Source: Octopus sinensis (lineage: Eukaryota). From it: a stretch of 64,000 nucleotides of DNA. Location of the stretch: assembly GCF_006345805.1 (NCBI RefSeq), contig NC_043017.1, forward strand, positions 27,032,001 through 27,096,000. The letters are read 5' to 3'. The translations under genes and the position numbers were made by a program. This document shows, piece by piece, positions 11,281-25,585 of the stretch (position 1 is the first letter of the stretch; each line of letters starts with the position of its first letter). The notes under the pieces are model-generated. The model had not been told where the DNA came from. It saw only the letters and a list, made by a program, of their open reading frames with translations, and did no database searches.

Positions 11281-11880
11281 TTTATATGTATGTGTGTGTG
11301 TCTGTTGCGTATCTGTATTTAAATACAGAAACACGCAAACGCATAGATACTTGTATGTATGTATAAGCATAAGGCAAAAAAAAACAAGCAATATGCAAAG
11401 CCCCTTATTCTCTTCCATATAATCTACTAATGCAAAACAGGAGCTTACTCCTGGTTAAATAAAATATGGAAATACCTAATAATATAGATGCGATCTACAA
11501 AAACACAGACGTGTTCCTACAAGATAAACATACATCGGTAATATGTAATTATGGTGTATATATTCCTCTTTACGTAACATAAAGAGTCCTGCTACTTGTA
11601 TTCCCTATTGAAAAATGCAGCTTATTATATGCAAGACACACATACACATACATATGTATATATGCATATATAAATATACATACATTCATATCTGCATACA
11701 ACGTATGCACATACACATACATGCGTATACATATACACATATAAATACATATAAATATAAATAAATATGTGTCCGTGTGTATGTGTGCGTTTGTGTGTGT
11801 GCGCGTTATATTATAGATACACCAATGTATTTATATATATATATATATATATATATGCATACATATAATGCATATATATA

Positions 11881-11955
<75 letters not shown>

Positions 11956-12208
11956 ATATATAATTATATATATACTTATATATATTTCCTCCATTACTTG
12001 TTTCAGTCATTGTACTACAGCGAAGCTAGGGCAACGCCCGGAACCATCTGGTCCGACAAATCCATTTTGGTAGATAATCTTTTATGCTTGTTGCCTATTG
12101 TAACGTATTCCTTGCGTGACTGCTAATTTTCGCGGTGGCACGGATAAAACCTCCAGTTCTCACGCAACCCAGTTATGTCTATAATTCTTTATACATACAT
12201 ACATATAT

Positions 12209-12248
<40 letters not shown>

Positions 12249-12845
12249 CATACATAATACACATGCATACATACAAATTTTCATGTATTCTATAACTAGA
12301 GAAGCAAAGCGTCAGCGGCAAAAGTACGCATTGTGTATATACGTCGCCATCTTAATCACGACAGAAGCATTCTGCATGAACATTTTATCTTGATGTACAC
12401 TAGAATCTACTAGCACGAAAACGATTTGCTATTAAACATACATTTATATTTGCAAACGAAGAATTACTATGAGTATATTTTTTTCTTTTTCGAATAGACA
12501 ATGCGAAGGGTTAAGAGAATTTATAACGCAATGCACAATTACCAAAAAATATTTCTTTGCCAGCTCACACTGCAATGATTGATATAGATTGCTATTGTAG
12601 ACATGATGTAAGTGAGAAAAAAAATTGCAAGGGAGAAGATGGTCAAATAAAACGGCACGAGTGAAAATATAAAGGAATAATAAAGAAAAATTATGGCAGA
12701 CAATTGTATCATTCTATGATGGAGTTTTATCTGTTTCCATTTGCAAATTCAGCAATTATCTTTTACAAATTATAGGAGCATGTATAATGATATATATATG
12801 CATACATATACATATAAAAATATACACAGATGCACACACAAAAAC

Positions 12846-12885
<40 letters not shown>

Positions 12886-13030
12886 GCACACACAATATAT
12901 ATGGGTGTGTTTTTGTATGTGCATGTGTGTGTATTTCATATATATATGATTGTGTGTGTGTCTGTGTCTGTGTATATGTGTATAGCTACTTATAAATATA
13001 TATACGTATGTATATGTGTATACATATATG

Positions 13031-13076
<46 letters not shown>

Positions 13077-13128
13077 CTCATGCTCACTCAAATATATATT
13101 CATTTTCGTACGTATTTGTGAATGTGCT

Positions 13129-13159
<31 letters not shown>

Positions 13160-14174
13160 CTCTCTGTAACACGCACATGCATACACAAAAACGAAAACCC
13201 ACAGATACATATGCCTGTGTTTGTCTAAGTGAAAGTATTTGCCTTATACATATGTATACGCGACGGCATGTGTTTGATTAAAAGTTTCTGTGTAATTGTG
13301 CGCTTGTGTCGGAGCAGAAAATCATTATTCTAACCACTGAACTTAAATAACACGTCTCTTACCCACACTTACTCCAAGGTCAAAACGGCAAATACGTCAA
13401 ATCTTAATATTTCTCTGGTTATCTCAACAATCTAACCATCTCTTTTTAATCGTATTTCTATTATTTAAACAAGAAATTGCGTAGTTTAAAACGGACACTG
13501 ATCGTTAAATTACGAGCATAAATTTTGCGAAACTTATCTAACTGTTATTCACTTATACAAATTTCACGGTTTACTCTTCAGCCTTCAACCAATAACGATA
13601 TTTTCATTGTATTCTCTCAGATAAGGCCGGGAACTTGTAAAATACTTACTGACATTTTTTACTGTTTTACATTCTGATTTCAAATTATAACTATAGTCTT
13701 CGAAATTTCGGCCTCAATAAAACAGGTACCAGTTTAGCATAATTTGAGGGTTTGCGCCTCTATGATGAAACATGATTTAATGCTATTGTTGAACGGTGAA
13801 TCATTTGACGTTGCATTAATTGTATTAATTGTGTATTGGAATAGTTACATGCACATCATTTCCCGTTGGATTATCAAGGCAAAAGTACGACTAGCAGGGA
13901 ATATATGCTTATGGTACTTTTTGGTTTAAAGAATCTTCTCGATTAACAATTTTTGTTTTTATTCGTGTTCTTTCTTTCATAGGGAAAATCTGACGTGCAC
14001 ACATGCAAACACACATATATAAGCATACATTATTTTATGGAAAATGCGGAGATAATAATCACAGTAAAAATAATTTAGATGTATAAAAGCATCACCCTCG
14101 GTAATATAGCAGTCAAACAGTTTCGCATGAAATTTGATCAGATATAATTCATCAATAATAGGTATTCTTTTTAA

Positions 14175-14560
14175 GTCGGGGAGCTGGCAGAAAGGTTAAC
14201 ACGCCGGGTGAAATGCCTAGCAGTATTTCGTCTGCGGCTACGGTCTGAGTTCAAATTCCAGCGAGTTCGACTTTGTCTTTCATCGTTTCTGGGTCGATTA
14301 AATAAGTACCAGTTACGCACTGGGGTCAATATAATCGACTTCATCCGTTTGTCTGTCCTTGTTTGTCCTCCCTGTGTTTAGCTCCTTGTGGGTAGTAAAG
14401 AAATAGGTATTTCGTCTTCCGTTACGTTCTAAGTTTAAATTCCGCCGAGGTCAATTTGCCTTCTATCCTTTCGCCGGGGTTGATGAATTAAGTACCAGTT
14501 ACGCACTGGGGTCGATATAATCGACTTAATCCGTTTGTCTGTCCATTTTTGTCCCCTCTA
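14175..14560 (+). mobile_element. SINE family A dimer (full plus head-less second monomer)
   Basis: A full monomer, then the junction TAAAGAAATAGGTATTTCGTC and a second monomer, ending in (TAA)n at 14561-14624. Confidence 0.9.
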
Positions 14561-14576
14561 TAATAATAATAATAAC

Positions 14577-14628
<52 letters not shown>

Positions 14629-14989
14629 TGTGCTGCAGACTCATGAAATTCTGGGGCAAGTGGCTAGTCGATCTCAAACGGATGGAATGCAAAGGTTACC
14701 CCGACGGTGGTTGAACGGAGAACGTAAATCCGGAAGAAAGGTTGCTAAGAATTTTGTTCGGCTTCGTATCGATTACATAAGCAGTAGTACTGATTAAAAA
14801 CTGATAACCATAAAATAAATAATAATAATAATAATAACAACAACAACAACGACGACAACGACAGCAACAGATGCCGATGTTAAGATATAACAAAAAATGA
14901 AAGGAAATATAATTCGGGAATGTGAAAATGCAAAGAGGCTGAGAAGAACCTAATAGTGAGAAAATAAATTAAAAATATATCTATATATA

Positions 14990-15041
<52 letters not shown>

Positions 15042-16012
15042 GAGTTGAATTATTGCAACATTTGCTACAGAAGCAGTGACCTTTATGAGATAGGATTAGA
15101 CTACACTTTCATCTAAGATAGCTTTTGGCATGGAAGTTGTTCGCATATCGGTAATATAATTACTAGGCGTTTATCTAGAAATAAATTCAGTGCTATCTTA
15201 CCTAACCTTCCTTTTTCGATATGAATATATTTTTATGTTTAACCGAAATGTATTTACTTGGTTATTAAATGGTATAGATATGAAAATTCTGCAAGGTTGC
15301 TAGTATTTTTCTCTATATTAGCATTTCTACCATAGAATTAATCTCTTCCTATCACTGGCTCATCTTTTGACGTTTCGTCTCGGTTCAGATTTCTATATAC
15401 TTATGTGTGGAACACACACGATATGTCAACTCTAAAGAGGTAAAGATTTGTATGTAGGAATTCAAATAATGCAGATTAAGCATAGATATATGTACGTAAG
15501 TACAAAGAAATTTACCTACATAGTTCTCTCAGATTTAGGTTTTGCATTTATGGGTAACACATGCAACACACACAAAACCATTGGTAAATCTCTATGTGGA
15601 TGAAAGCCTCTGTGCAAATGTATGTGTTTTGATGTGTAAATGTATAGAATGTACGTAGAATTATAATCTAAGATATACCATATGGACTACATATTCTTAG
15701 TATATATGGCGTAGTGGAATATGCAGATAATATACCAAATTGTATTATTTTTCGTGTAAAATAGAAAATAGTATAAATATGAGGGTTGAAAACAGCGGAA
15801 AAGGCTGCAGAATATCCGAAAATACTTTTTGAAGCTTAATTGTTATTTTAATTCTCTGGTAAGTGATTGATATCTTTTGTGTTTTTGCCATATGTATCAC
15901 AGTAACACCTATTTCGAAAAAATATATATAAAATAGGAAATAATGATTACTAAATTCTTTCAGTCGCCTGTTTTGAAACATATCTATCTATTTACTTCAA
16001 TATATTTATATG

Positions 16013-16051
<39 letters not shown>

Positions 16052-16053
<2 letters not shown>

Positions 16054-16268
16054 TTTCTTTTTTTTCTTTTACTTGTTTCAGTCATTTGACGGCGGCCATG
16101 CTGGAGCACCGCCTTTAGTCGAGCAAATCAACCCCGGGACTTATTCTTTGTAAGCCCAGTACTTATTCTATCGTCTCTTTTTGCCGAACCGCTAAGTGAT
16201 GGGGATGTAAACATACCAGCATCGGTTGTCAAGCAACGCTAGGGGGACAAACACAGACACACAAACAT

Positions 16269-16275
<7 letters not shown>
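16052..16275 (-). mobile_element. SINE family B 3' half
   Basis: Reverse complement of the tail (GGCGGTGCTCCAGCATGGCCGCCGTCAAATGACTGAAACAAG). Confidence 0.9.
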
Positions 16276-16323
<48 letters not shown>

Positions 16324-16936
16324 TACCTAAAGGTAAAATTAATTGAGGTCACACAAGGGAGAGAGGGTATTGATTAGGACCCTTTCTAATTTGTTGATAA
16401 CGCACTCATGTAAACATATATATATAAACACAAGTAGTCTGTGTGTATGTATGACTATATATGTATGTATATGTACACACACATACACATACATTTGCAT
16501 GTGTGAATAAACATGTGTGTGCGTGAGGGTTTATATTTATACATGGACACGTTTTGTTTGAGTATGTATATATAAATATACATACATTTCCCAAAATATT
16601 GTGTTATAAATGACCGATAAAAATCAATGAGAAATTATCCCTGTGAAATAAATGAATCGACGACTTCCATATTACTGATTTATGCTGACAATATCAAGGC
16701 TAGTAGTTTGGAGTGGATGTTTCAATCAGTAGACCGCGACCGAGTTGGAGTACCGCGCCGAAAAACTTTAGACGAACGAGGTGACCGCAGTATGTTTTTG
16801 AAACACTTATACTGCTGCTATCGGTTTTCCGTGTAAAGTCACTTGACTTATGGAGAGGAACAATACCGATGGTCAAGCGGATGGTGCAATGTAAACACAG
16901 ACATTAAGTGACCAACCCGTACGCACACACACTTAC

Positions 16937-17036
16937 ATATTAGCTCTAAACGATGGTTCCTCTGTCGCATCGTAAATTGTCCAGAGTGATACGAATTTCT
17001 GACTGTCAAAATTTGATAACGAATTAACTATGTAAT
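16937..17036 (-). other. Candidate exon (unverified)
   Basis: AG acceptor at 17038-17037 and GTAAGT donor at 16936. The 100 nt are open as DYIVNSLSNFDSQKFVSLWTIYDATEEPSFRAN; no homology recognised. Confidence 0.3.
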
Positions 17037-17243
17037 CTATACAACACAGCGTGTGTAGTACGCCAGTGTTTGCACTTCGGATAATATATTTTTGAATACA
17101 TTTCACACATTCTACATCGATATATATATATACATTCATGCAAATGATAGAGAGAATAAAATAGATACATGAATAGATCTTTATGCAAGTATACGTAAAC
17201 ATATATATATACATATATATACATACACATATAAATATATATA

Positions 17244-17283
<40 letters not shown>

Positions 17284-17409
17284 TATATATACATGTATAT
17301 GTGTATGTGTGTGTGTCTTTGTGTGGAATGTGTATACATGTATGCTGTTATACTTGTGCATATATATTTATGCATATATTGTGTATGTATTTATATAAAA
17401 ATATGTATA

Positions 17410-17650
<241 letters not shown>

Positions 17651-18531
17651 TATGTCCCTTCTTATAGAGAAGGAAATGTGAGAGATAGAAACAGAATTTA
17701 ATGTAAACCTAAAGACTGAAAGCGACGTGTGGGGGTTAAAGGAAAAGAATAGCAATTTATACCTCTGGTAATATCTTATACATTACAGTCAGTTACCCTT
17801 TACTTCTAGATCGACTTTGATCACGAAATAAAAAAGAGAAATGAAAATAATATGAAAGTCAGAAATATAAATGATAAACTACAAAGAATACGTTTTTTTC
17901 TATTTTCTTTGTAAAGCAAACCACTGTTATTTGAAGTAACAACTTTATTTCTTTCTGTTATATACTTGCATTTTATTTTACACAGCAGAATCTCTCGATA
18001 TACCTCTCTTTCTATCAGTGTACTCTTTTCTTTCTTTTGCTCTCTCAGTTATATATTTCTAATATCATATCTAACTATCTCTTCCACCCTCTTTTAAGTG
18101 GTTTCCTTCTTTTCGTTTAGTTCTGTTATTTCTACTTCTATATTTTATTTGCGTGGGTATAAACCTACGCATAATCTTCGCGTTAACAATCTTTCTTATT
18201 GTAAAAATAACCTCTCGCTACTCTCACATATCATTCTTGAATCGCGTGCTTAACGATGAGAGAAACGGATTATTGAAAACATCAGAGCGCCAACAAACCG
18301 CCTTTACTGTGTTTAGTTAGGGATTTTATGCTTTCAGTTTATATACGTCGAGGTTAAATTTGTCTTTCATCCTTTCTAAATCGATATCAAAATACCAGTC
18401 AACTAATGGAGTCGATTTCTTTCAACATATACTCAACCACATTCTGCAATATCAGCCTCCAAAATCAAAATTATGTTTCACTGCTTCGTAATGAAATCTT
18501 GAAAGATGGTTCAAATATATCAGTACACATA

Positions 18532-18934
18532 GGCGCAGGAGTGGCTGTGTGGTAAGTAGCTTGCTAACCAATCACATGGTTCCGGGTTCAGTCCCACTGC
18601 GTGGCATCTTGGGAAAGTGTCTTCTGCTATAGCCCTGGGCCGACCAATGCCTTGTGAGTGGATTTGGTAGACGGAAACTGAAAGAATCCTGTCGTATATA
18701 TGTATATATATATATAAGTGTGTGTGTCTGTGTTTGTCCCCCCAGCATTGCTTGACAACCGATGCTGGTGTGTTTATGTCCCCGTTCATTAGCGGTTCGG
18801 CAAAAGAGACCGATAGAATAAGTACTGGGCTTACAAAGAATAAGTCCCGGGGTCGATTTGCTCGACTAAAGGCGGTGCTCCAGCATGGCCGCAGTCAAAT
18901 GAATGAAACAAGTAAAAGAGTAAAGAGAAAGAGT
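18532..18934 (+). mobile_element. SINE family B, full length
   Basis: tRNA-like head GGCGCAGGAGTGGCTGTGTGGTAAG..GGTTCAGTCCC, CORE-like CTTGGGAAAGTGTCTT, internal (TA)/(TG) tract, ~200-nt tail ending (AAGAGT)-like repeats. Confidence 0.95.
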
Positions 18935-19039
18935 GTATATGTATTATGACTAATTTCGATGTGTACTTGAGTATTTCGATGTGTATTTGTTATTCACGTT
19001 CAATAAATCTCGCAGATACTCAAAACACATATATGCACC

Positions 19040-19320
19040 TTACTTGTTCAAGAACTTCGCCCCTCACAGAGCGAAGGCGATCGGCGACTTTCCGCCACTA
19101 TTCTTGACTTTAATCTGTCTCATTCTGTCAAGTCATGTTTTGAAATATCATCGATAATTCTGTAATCTTCTTTTTGTAGGAAATGGTGTTGACCCAACGC
19201 AAATCAACATTTAGCACTACAAAGTGGTCATTCATATTAGTCTTCTCCATATCTTTTGACCAGTGTGCCTCTACCAGGAATGAGTGCTCCACCGCCATAG
19301 AGATCATGGTTGTGAAGACA
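19040..19320 (-). mobile_element. Ancient RTE-like LINE ORF2 fragment
   Basis: Broken frames give LYGGGA..WSKDMEK..LRWVNTISYKKKITE, resembling the RTE C-terminal LYGxExW..LRxxLxISWxxKITN region. Confidence 0.4.
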
Positions 19321-21564
19321 CACTACGCTGAAAGACGGGTTGGACGTTTTGATCGATACACAGATATAACACATTTAATTTTAAACCCATTTCTTTTTAT
19401 CTATTTCTCTGTTTTTTTTTATCATCAACAATGCCTTTTATATCGCCACTTCTATTATTGCGTATATTATATACACAATAAACTAGTAACGGATGCTATA
19501 CATGGCCTCCCTGCATAGAATGGATCTTAATGAATTTCCGTTTATGGGTCATTTGAGAGTACACAAAAGATTATTAGCGCAAATCACATGGAAAAGTTTA
19601 AACAAAAAGATTATTCATTTAAAATTTTAAATTAAGAAGAAAATACAGAAAATTATTGTTTACTTCCTTTTATTAAGCATAAATCTGTAAAACAATTTAT
19701 GATTAATCTTTTTAAGCCCCGTTTTATATATATTTATATTTTTATGTATGTTTATTGAATATACTTTACATTGTAAGGAAAAGCACGCGGTGCACTCAGA
19801 TAACGTTTGTAACACAAAAGCATTGACCTAAAACTATAATACAATAACGACTCAGTGTTTATTTTATATTTGAACAAAAGAAGAAGCATCTATGCTTTAA
19901 AATGTTTTGGCATTGAATGGACAGAGGATACTTCACCGGATCTGCTTTTGAGAGACAACGAGACACGAGAAAATATGAAAATATATAAGGAGATAAAATT
20001 TAATTAGATGTGGCATGAAGTAATGTTCTCAGAAAACGGAATTGTCCTCAAACAGTAAACCCGATTTCAAGTAATCTTAATAGAGACAACTGTCTGCAAT
20101 GCGTGAGTTGAACCTAACCGATATCAGGATAATACTCACGTAAATATTGGCAACTTCAAAGGTTAGAGTAACCACTGGAAATAATAAAACGTAGGATGTT
20201 AACGAATGTAGGAAATTGGATTGAAGCAGCACACATACGAATATGAAAGATAATTTCTAACGAAAATAATATCAAGTCAAATCTAGTTTTTACTCGTGTT
20301 TATGTCATCTGTACTGAGAATATAATCTACTTATTTTTAGAATAAAACATGGAAAAACATCATTTTTGTTTCCAAATAAATATGGAAATACTGGAAGTAA
20401 CACCTCAGACCTGCCTTACATATTATATATTTTCTGCTATATCACAAACATATCGTTTTCAGTGACTAGATTTTAGAAAGTAAATGTGATGACGTCTATG
20501 AGTTTGCTCGACTAAATTGTACGCAAATACAGCTCAAATACAATATAAACACTTAGATTAGGTAAGAGTTTTACAGCGAATGAAACCAGGAATATTTTGT
20601 GTTTTACTATCGCCAACTACAGAATAAAGTGGCATCTGTAATATATAGTGTTCATTAAATCCCAATAAATGTTGCATAGAAAGATGAATATAAGAAATGT
20701 TCGAAGTTGAGACGAATTGAAAGCAGGATGTCCAAACACAGGATCTCTTATGGGTAATGAAAGAAGGTATTCACTTAAAATTTTGTGGAAGTATAAGTAA
20801 GCATCTAGAAGAGTACCAAATTCCTTTAACGACAAAAACATCATTTAGAAAACTGAATTCGTTAAAGCCACGAAGACAAATGTGCAAAAATGTATAGCAA
20901 ACTCAGACATTTAATTTCACATTAAATGGAACCAAATCGCAAGTTTAAGTTTTATATACCTTTGCATAGAAAGAAATAAGAATCGCAAAGACTTTGGTGC
21001 GATTCAAGTAGCACTGCCTGAGGAATATGTAATATAGGAGGTACTGTAATACCACTGCATCAATGGAATATATACGTACAAACCTACATAAATAGACACA
21101 CACACACACACACCCAGGCATACATTCACGCACATATATATTTACAAACAAGCATGCATACACATGCAAAAACACAGTCATACACATATATATTTTGAGA
21201 AAGGAAAAAAAATTCAAATTTCAGAATTATTACGAGTTATCATTTTCGTGCCTTATTCTACCTAAGAGTTACAATTATCTAATCTTTTAATCCGCAACGG
21301 TAAAAAAAACAAAAACAAATATTAATCTCTATATTCCGTTGCCATGGAAGCTGAGTTATTGATTTTTAACTTAAATACAGGAAAATAACGTTGAACATTA
21401 CAAAAGAATTTTCTAAATTTAACTTTTTGAGTAACCTCGGTACAATATTATGAATACATATATTTCTATATATGTCTTTTACGTGAAACACTTCCTAATA
21501 TAGCGTTGGTTTGATGCACAAATGCACAGATACTCTTCTTGATTATATACACCCAAACATATTA

Positions 21565-22149
21565 CACTGGGCAACAAAAAAAAATCATTCTCGGCTACCC
21601 AGACCCAACTCAGAATTGCTGTAGTGGATCGAGATTATGAGTTTTGCGCATAATTCTATATTAAAAGTATATCAGATCTGGAATAGTTAAGCTCACGAGA
21701 AATAATTATTATAATAGTATATTAGTACTGTATATAGTAAATTTATGTTCAAAGCAAATAGTATTATGATATTATTGTGCATAGTGTATTTATTTTAAAT
21801 ATAGTATATTTATGTTAAAGGAATAGTCATCTTTATATGCTCAGCTCAGAAATGTTTGAGTCACTTGTTTTTGCTCTTATGCATTGTGCTGATTTATCGT
21901 TCTAGGAACCAACAGTAGTCCCTTATCATGTGTGGTGTGAACCAGCCTTGATACTTCGTTTCCATCTCAGATACGTCTTAGTTGAACCTCTGCCTATGTT
22001 CATCAAAAAAGGCATCAACATTTTTGGAAAAGCATCGGGATGAGAATGCAAGAAGTACATTTCAAGGGACATTTGGCATCCCATTTGGCATCCGTGATTT
22101 TTGTATCGTCTTCTAAATGTCTTGCGTTTTGTCCCAGTTTGTATCTTTT

Positions 22150-22150
<1 letters not shown>
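21565..22150 (-). mobile_element. Chapaev3-like (CMC) DNA transposon, decayed 3' portion
   Basis: With one frameshift it reads [59 protein letters not shown], matching the MSLKxHFLHSHLDFFP..SDEHGERFHQDI..YQG..MxxDYCW motif. Terminus CACTGGGCAACAAAA at 21565 preceded by TTA. Confidence 0.75.
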
Positions 22151-22202
<52 letters not shown>

Positions 22203-22399
22203 AGCGGCGTACGTATCCTTTGTCTTATACCTATATATATTATATCTATATATATAATAATATATATATAGCTATATATTATATATATATACATACATAT
22301 ATTTATATATATGGGAGTGTGTGTACACTTCCACGCATATATGTACACACAGAAACACACAAACATATATATATATATGTGTGTGTGTGTATGTATTGT

Positions 22400-22591
22400 G
22401 TCTTCGTGTTTTGTGTCGTATGAAAGGCATATTTTATTATGATATTATGATGACATCTGTATCTGGCTCATATTTAAAATAATTCTTAAATTTTGGCATA
22501 TTACTACACCGTCTCAGTTAATAGTGCATGCACTATACATAATGTTAATCAAATTCGGTATAAAAGATATGAGCTAATGTGTATCAACCTC
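22400..22591 (+). repeat. Diverged direct repeat, copy 1 (partner 26669-26861)
   Basis: Shared blocks GTCTTCGTGTT, TTGGCATATTACTACACCGTC, TAATAGTGCATGCA and GTGTATCAACCTC; roughly 70-75% identity by eye. Confidence 0.85.
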
Positions 22592-23814
22592 AACATCTAT
22601 GGAATGCTGTTTAATATCTCCCAGCTTGTCATGATACATTCTGAGCGTCGTGAAGTCTCGGAACATCATGATAGCTTTTGTTAAAATCACTGCCTAGTGT
22701 AATGGGCATAGTGCGGTGTCCACATTTTTAATCTAGAAACGAGCAATACTTATCAGTGAACCAATCCACAAAGGTTTTTATCCGTAACTTTCGAAGTAGC
22801 CATATTTGTCATTTAAGGTTTTGCTTGTTATTCAAATTAATAAATGGCAATGCTAATTAGCGAAAGAGGCAATGTTAATTACCAACTTGTCTATCTGTTT
22901 AGAGCATCTGTACTTATGTCCTTATCTTCTCTAATGTGTTGACTGAAGTGTAACGATAACAAAATAATTGAACCCGGACAGACCTCTTCATTTGATATAA
23001 AAGTTATATCCCTCTACCCCCACCCTGTCTCTCTTTCCTTTTCTCCAGTCTTCCTGTACTTCTTTCTCTCCTCACACATTCTACCCCCCCCCCCCTCAAC
23101 ATATATATGTTTCAAGATACATGTCGATATATTTCATTTATCGCCATATATAAACGGATTTCTACAAGCATTTCTTTGGATGACACCTACTTCGTATAGA
23201 TTCAATTTTATAATGAATCGGCATCTACTTTATAATGAATTGGGCTGCAGAATAACGCGAAATTATTGAAAGAAAAAACCTAATTGCTAGATTTTGCATT
23301 ATCTATTCCAATATCACTCATTGTTTCCTAGACCTCTATTTATACCAACAAAACTACTGCGCATTGTTTTAAGCGGAAATTGGAACATTGGAAACTGACT
23401 TCGATTAGTGAAAGCCCCTTTGTTTCACGAACATAATACAAGCCATAATATTGCTAATTTTTATATTCAATAATACAAACTCTTAATAACAAATGCAATT
23501 AAATAACCACGATGAAAATCATTATTATAAAATGATCATAATTATTCGTCAAGCTAACAAGCTATTGCGGTAAATAGAAAATTAAAAAAAAAAACGACTG
23601 CATTAGTTTATTAAGATTTGTTATATCGACTAGAAGATTCGCCACTCTTGTAATGTCAACTATGAAACTTAAATTCAAAAAGTATAAATGTTTTATTTAG
23701 CGCTATTATTAATTAATAACTATTTAATATTTTCGTTGGATTGTATCCGGAATCATTCCCCTAAGTATACACGTAAAAATATCAATAATATTTAGTTTGC
23801 CTAAGACCGCGAAT

Positions 23815-23985
23815 TTTCAGGGTCGCTAGCACGAGGATAAAGTGCCTAGTCTTCTCTCGTCCGTCTTTAAATCGTGAGTTGATATTCGGACGAGGCCGAA
23901 TTCCTTCCCATCTTTTCTAGGTCGATGAAATAAGTACCAGTATAGTACTCGGGTCAATGTTATCGACTCATTCCCTCCCTTGGTC
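23815..23985 (+). mobile_element. Degenerate SINE family A
   Basis: Remnant TTAGCACG..GAGTTG..GAGGCCGA..CCCATCTTTTCTAGGTCGATGAAATAAGTACCAG. Confidence 0.65.
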
Positions 23986-24233
23986 TTATTCCGCACTTGT
24001 CTTATTCCAAAATTTCAAATCAATATTTAAGTTTCTTCTGCTGAGATTTTCAGTACGAGTTTAAACATGGTTATAAATGCTTCCTCACCTGTAGAGAGAA
24101 ATCTTTTATACACGGTAAATGGAAACAGTAGATATGAGTATACATTCATATACGTTTTCATGAATAGAAACGTGTAAATGTACTTACATAAATAAACACA
24201 CACGCACACGCACACACACACACACATACACAT

Positions 24234-24282
<49 letters not shown>

Positions 24283-24338
24283 CATATATATATATGCATA
24301 AAATCAGCAAGTTGTAATTGAAGTAATCGGAGTTTCGT

Positions 24339-24379
<41 letters not shown>

Positions 24380-24447
24380 TATATATAAAAACATTATTGG
24401 TGAATTGAAGAAATGGAGCTGAACGCAGATTGAACAGAAATCGTTTT

Positions 24448-24536
24448 TTTCATTCTACACGTGTTTCGAAAGGCACAAATTACCAAAATCCGATTGAATA
24501 ATGGGACCATATTGTGTCTTTCTCTTCAGGAAGAAA
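24448..24536 (-). ncRNA. Canonical type I hammerhead ribozyme (inverted copy)
   Basis: Reverse complement of the 26191-26278 motif with one extra T in loop II; core intact. Confidence 0.85.
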
Positions 24537-24565
24537 AAAGGAAATCCGTTGGAAAAACAAAAACT

Positions 24566-24778
24566 GATAGGAATAAGCATATATGGTTTGTAATCCCCTT
24601 TGGTAAGCAGATTAGAACTAACCTCCCCCTCATGTTTAGACAAGCCATCGCCAATAACTTCCCCAGAAATTCCAAATATTACTCCACGGTTAACTCACAT
24701 AAAGTTAGGATAGCTTTTTCCAACACTAAAAACCTCGCCCAGATAATCGCCTCCCATAATAATAGGCTACTTACTAAG
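24566..24778 (+). pseudogene. PLE ORF remnant, RT thumb/C-terminal region
   Basis: DRNKHIWFVIPFGKQIRTNLPLMFRQAIANNFPRNSKYYSTVNSHKVRIAFSNTKNLAQIIASHNNRLL resembles the PLE motif IWFNPPF..TN.GK.F...I..HFP......FN...VK.SYS...N...II.SHN.K.L. Confidence 0.8.
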
Positions 24779-25180
24779 ACCCTATCACCTTTTTCCGGAG
24801 GCACAGCCTCTTCCGCTCCCGGTTTAATGCTCAGTAGGAATAATTATAGTAGTAATAATGATATGAGAGCCAGTACAGTGACACATAATCTCAGCTCCAG
24901 CCAGGAGTACCCACTAGGGTATAGTTATAAATAGGGGAGTTGTGGTTGATGGTAACAATGGGAGTAGGGTAGAGAGCCCCTTTAGCATCCCCAGCATCAT
25001 TTCCCGCAATAGCAGTACCACGGGCAGTAGCAATGACAGCACTCTGATAGATAGTGGAGAATCAGGGGTTATTCCTATAGTTAATAGTGACGTAGTGGAA
25101 AATAGAGTAGTAAGCGGCTGCAGGTCTCGGAACGAATATAGTGACAGGAACGCAGTTCTAATTTCAGAAACCAATCCTAG

Positions 25181-25585
25181 CAGAGTAAGATTCACGTCGG
25201 CGAACTCCAAGATCAAAAAAACGCCGTCTACCAATGCAAGGTTTACACGGACTCAGATGCCTTCACTTATATAGGGGCATCATCCTCAAGATTGTCTTTG
25301 CGTGTCTCCAACCATTACGCAACTTTTCGGGACGTGAACAAGCGCCAGACCACGGGACTCAGTAAGCTAATATGGCGACTGAAGGATGCGAACTTAAGCT
25401 ATAGGCTGGAATGGTCAATTTTGTCGGTGGCCCTCCCATTTGATAGGGGCAGAAGACAGTGCAACCTTTGTGTCTCCGAACTCTTCCATATTTTGTTGGC
25501 CAGAGGCCGGATGGTAAACGGGCCCTTACAGTCGGCTTTTCGATGCCCCCATTGGCGGCGTTACACTTATCTGGCCTTTAAATAG
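25181..25585 (+). pseudogene. PLE GIY-YIG endonuclease remnant
   Basis: Extending ORF 25292 upstream gives NAVYQCKVYTDSDAFTYIGASSSRLSLRVSNHYATF..TTGLSKLIWRLKD..EWSIL..QCNLCVSE..CPH: VY..YIG, R..NH, CxxC and CxH motifs. Frameshifted relative to the upstream linker. Confidence 0.9.

Noticed and set aside
16627-16836. ORF containing LIYADNIK (YADD-like) and TLDERGDRSMF
   Set aside because: Could be a very old CR1-like scrap, but the surrounding RT motifs are absent and the spacing is wrong.
24461-24934. 157-aa ORF as an intact protein
   Set aside because: Its N-terminal third is the antisense hammerhead/pLTR arm fused in frame by chance to the truncated PLE ORF.
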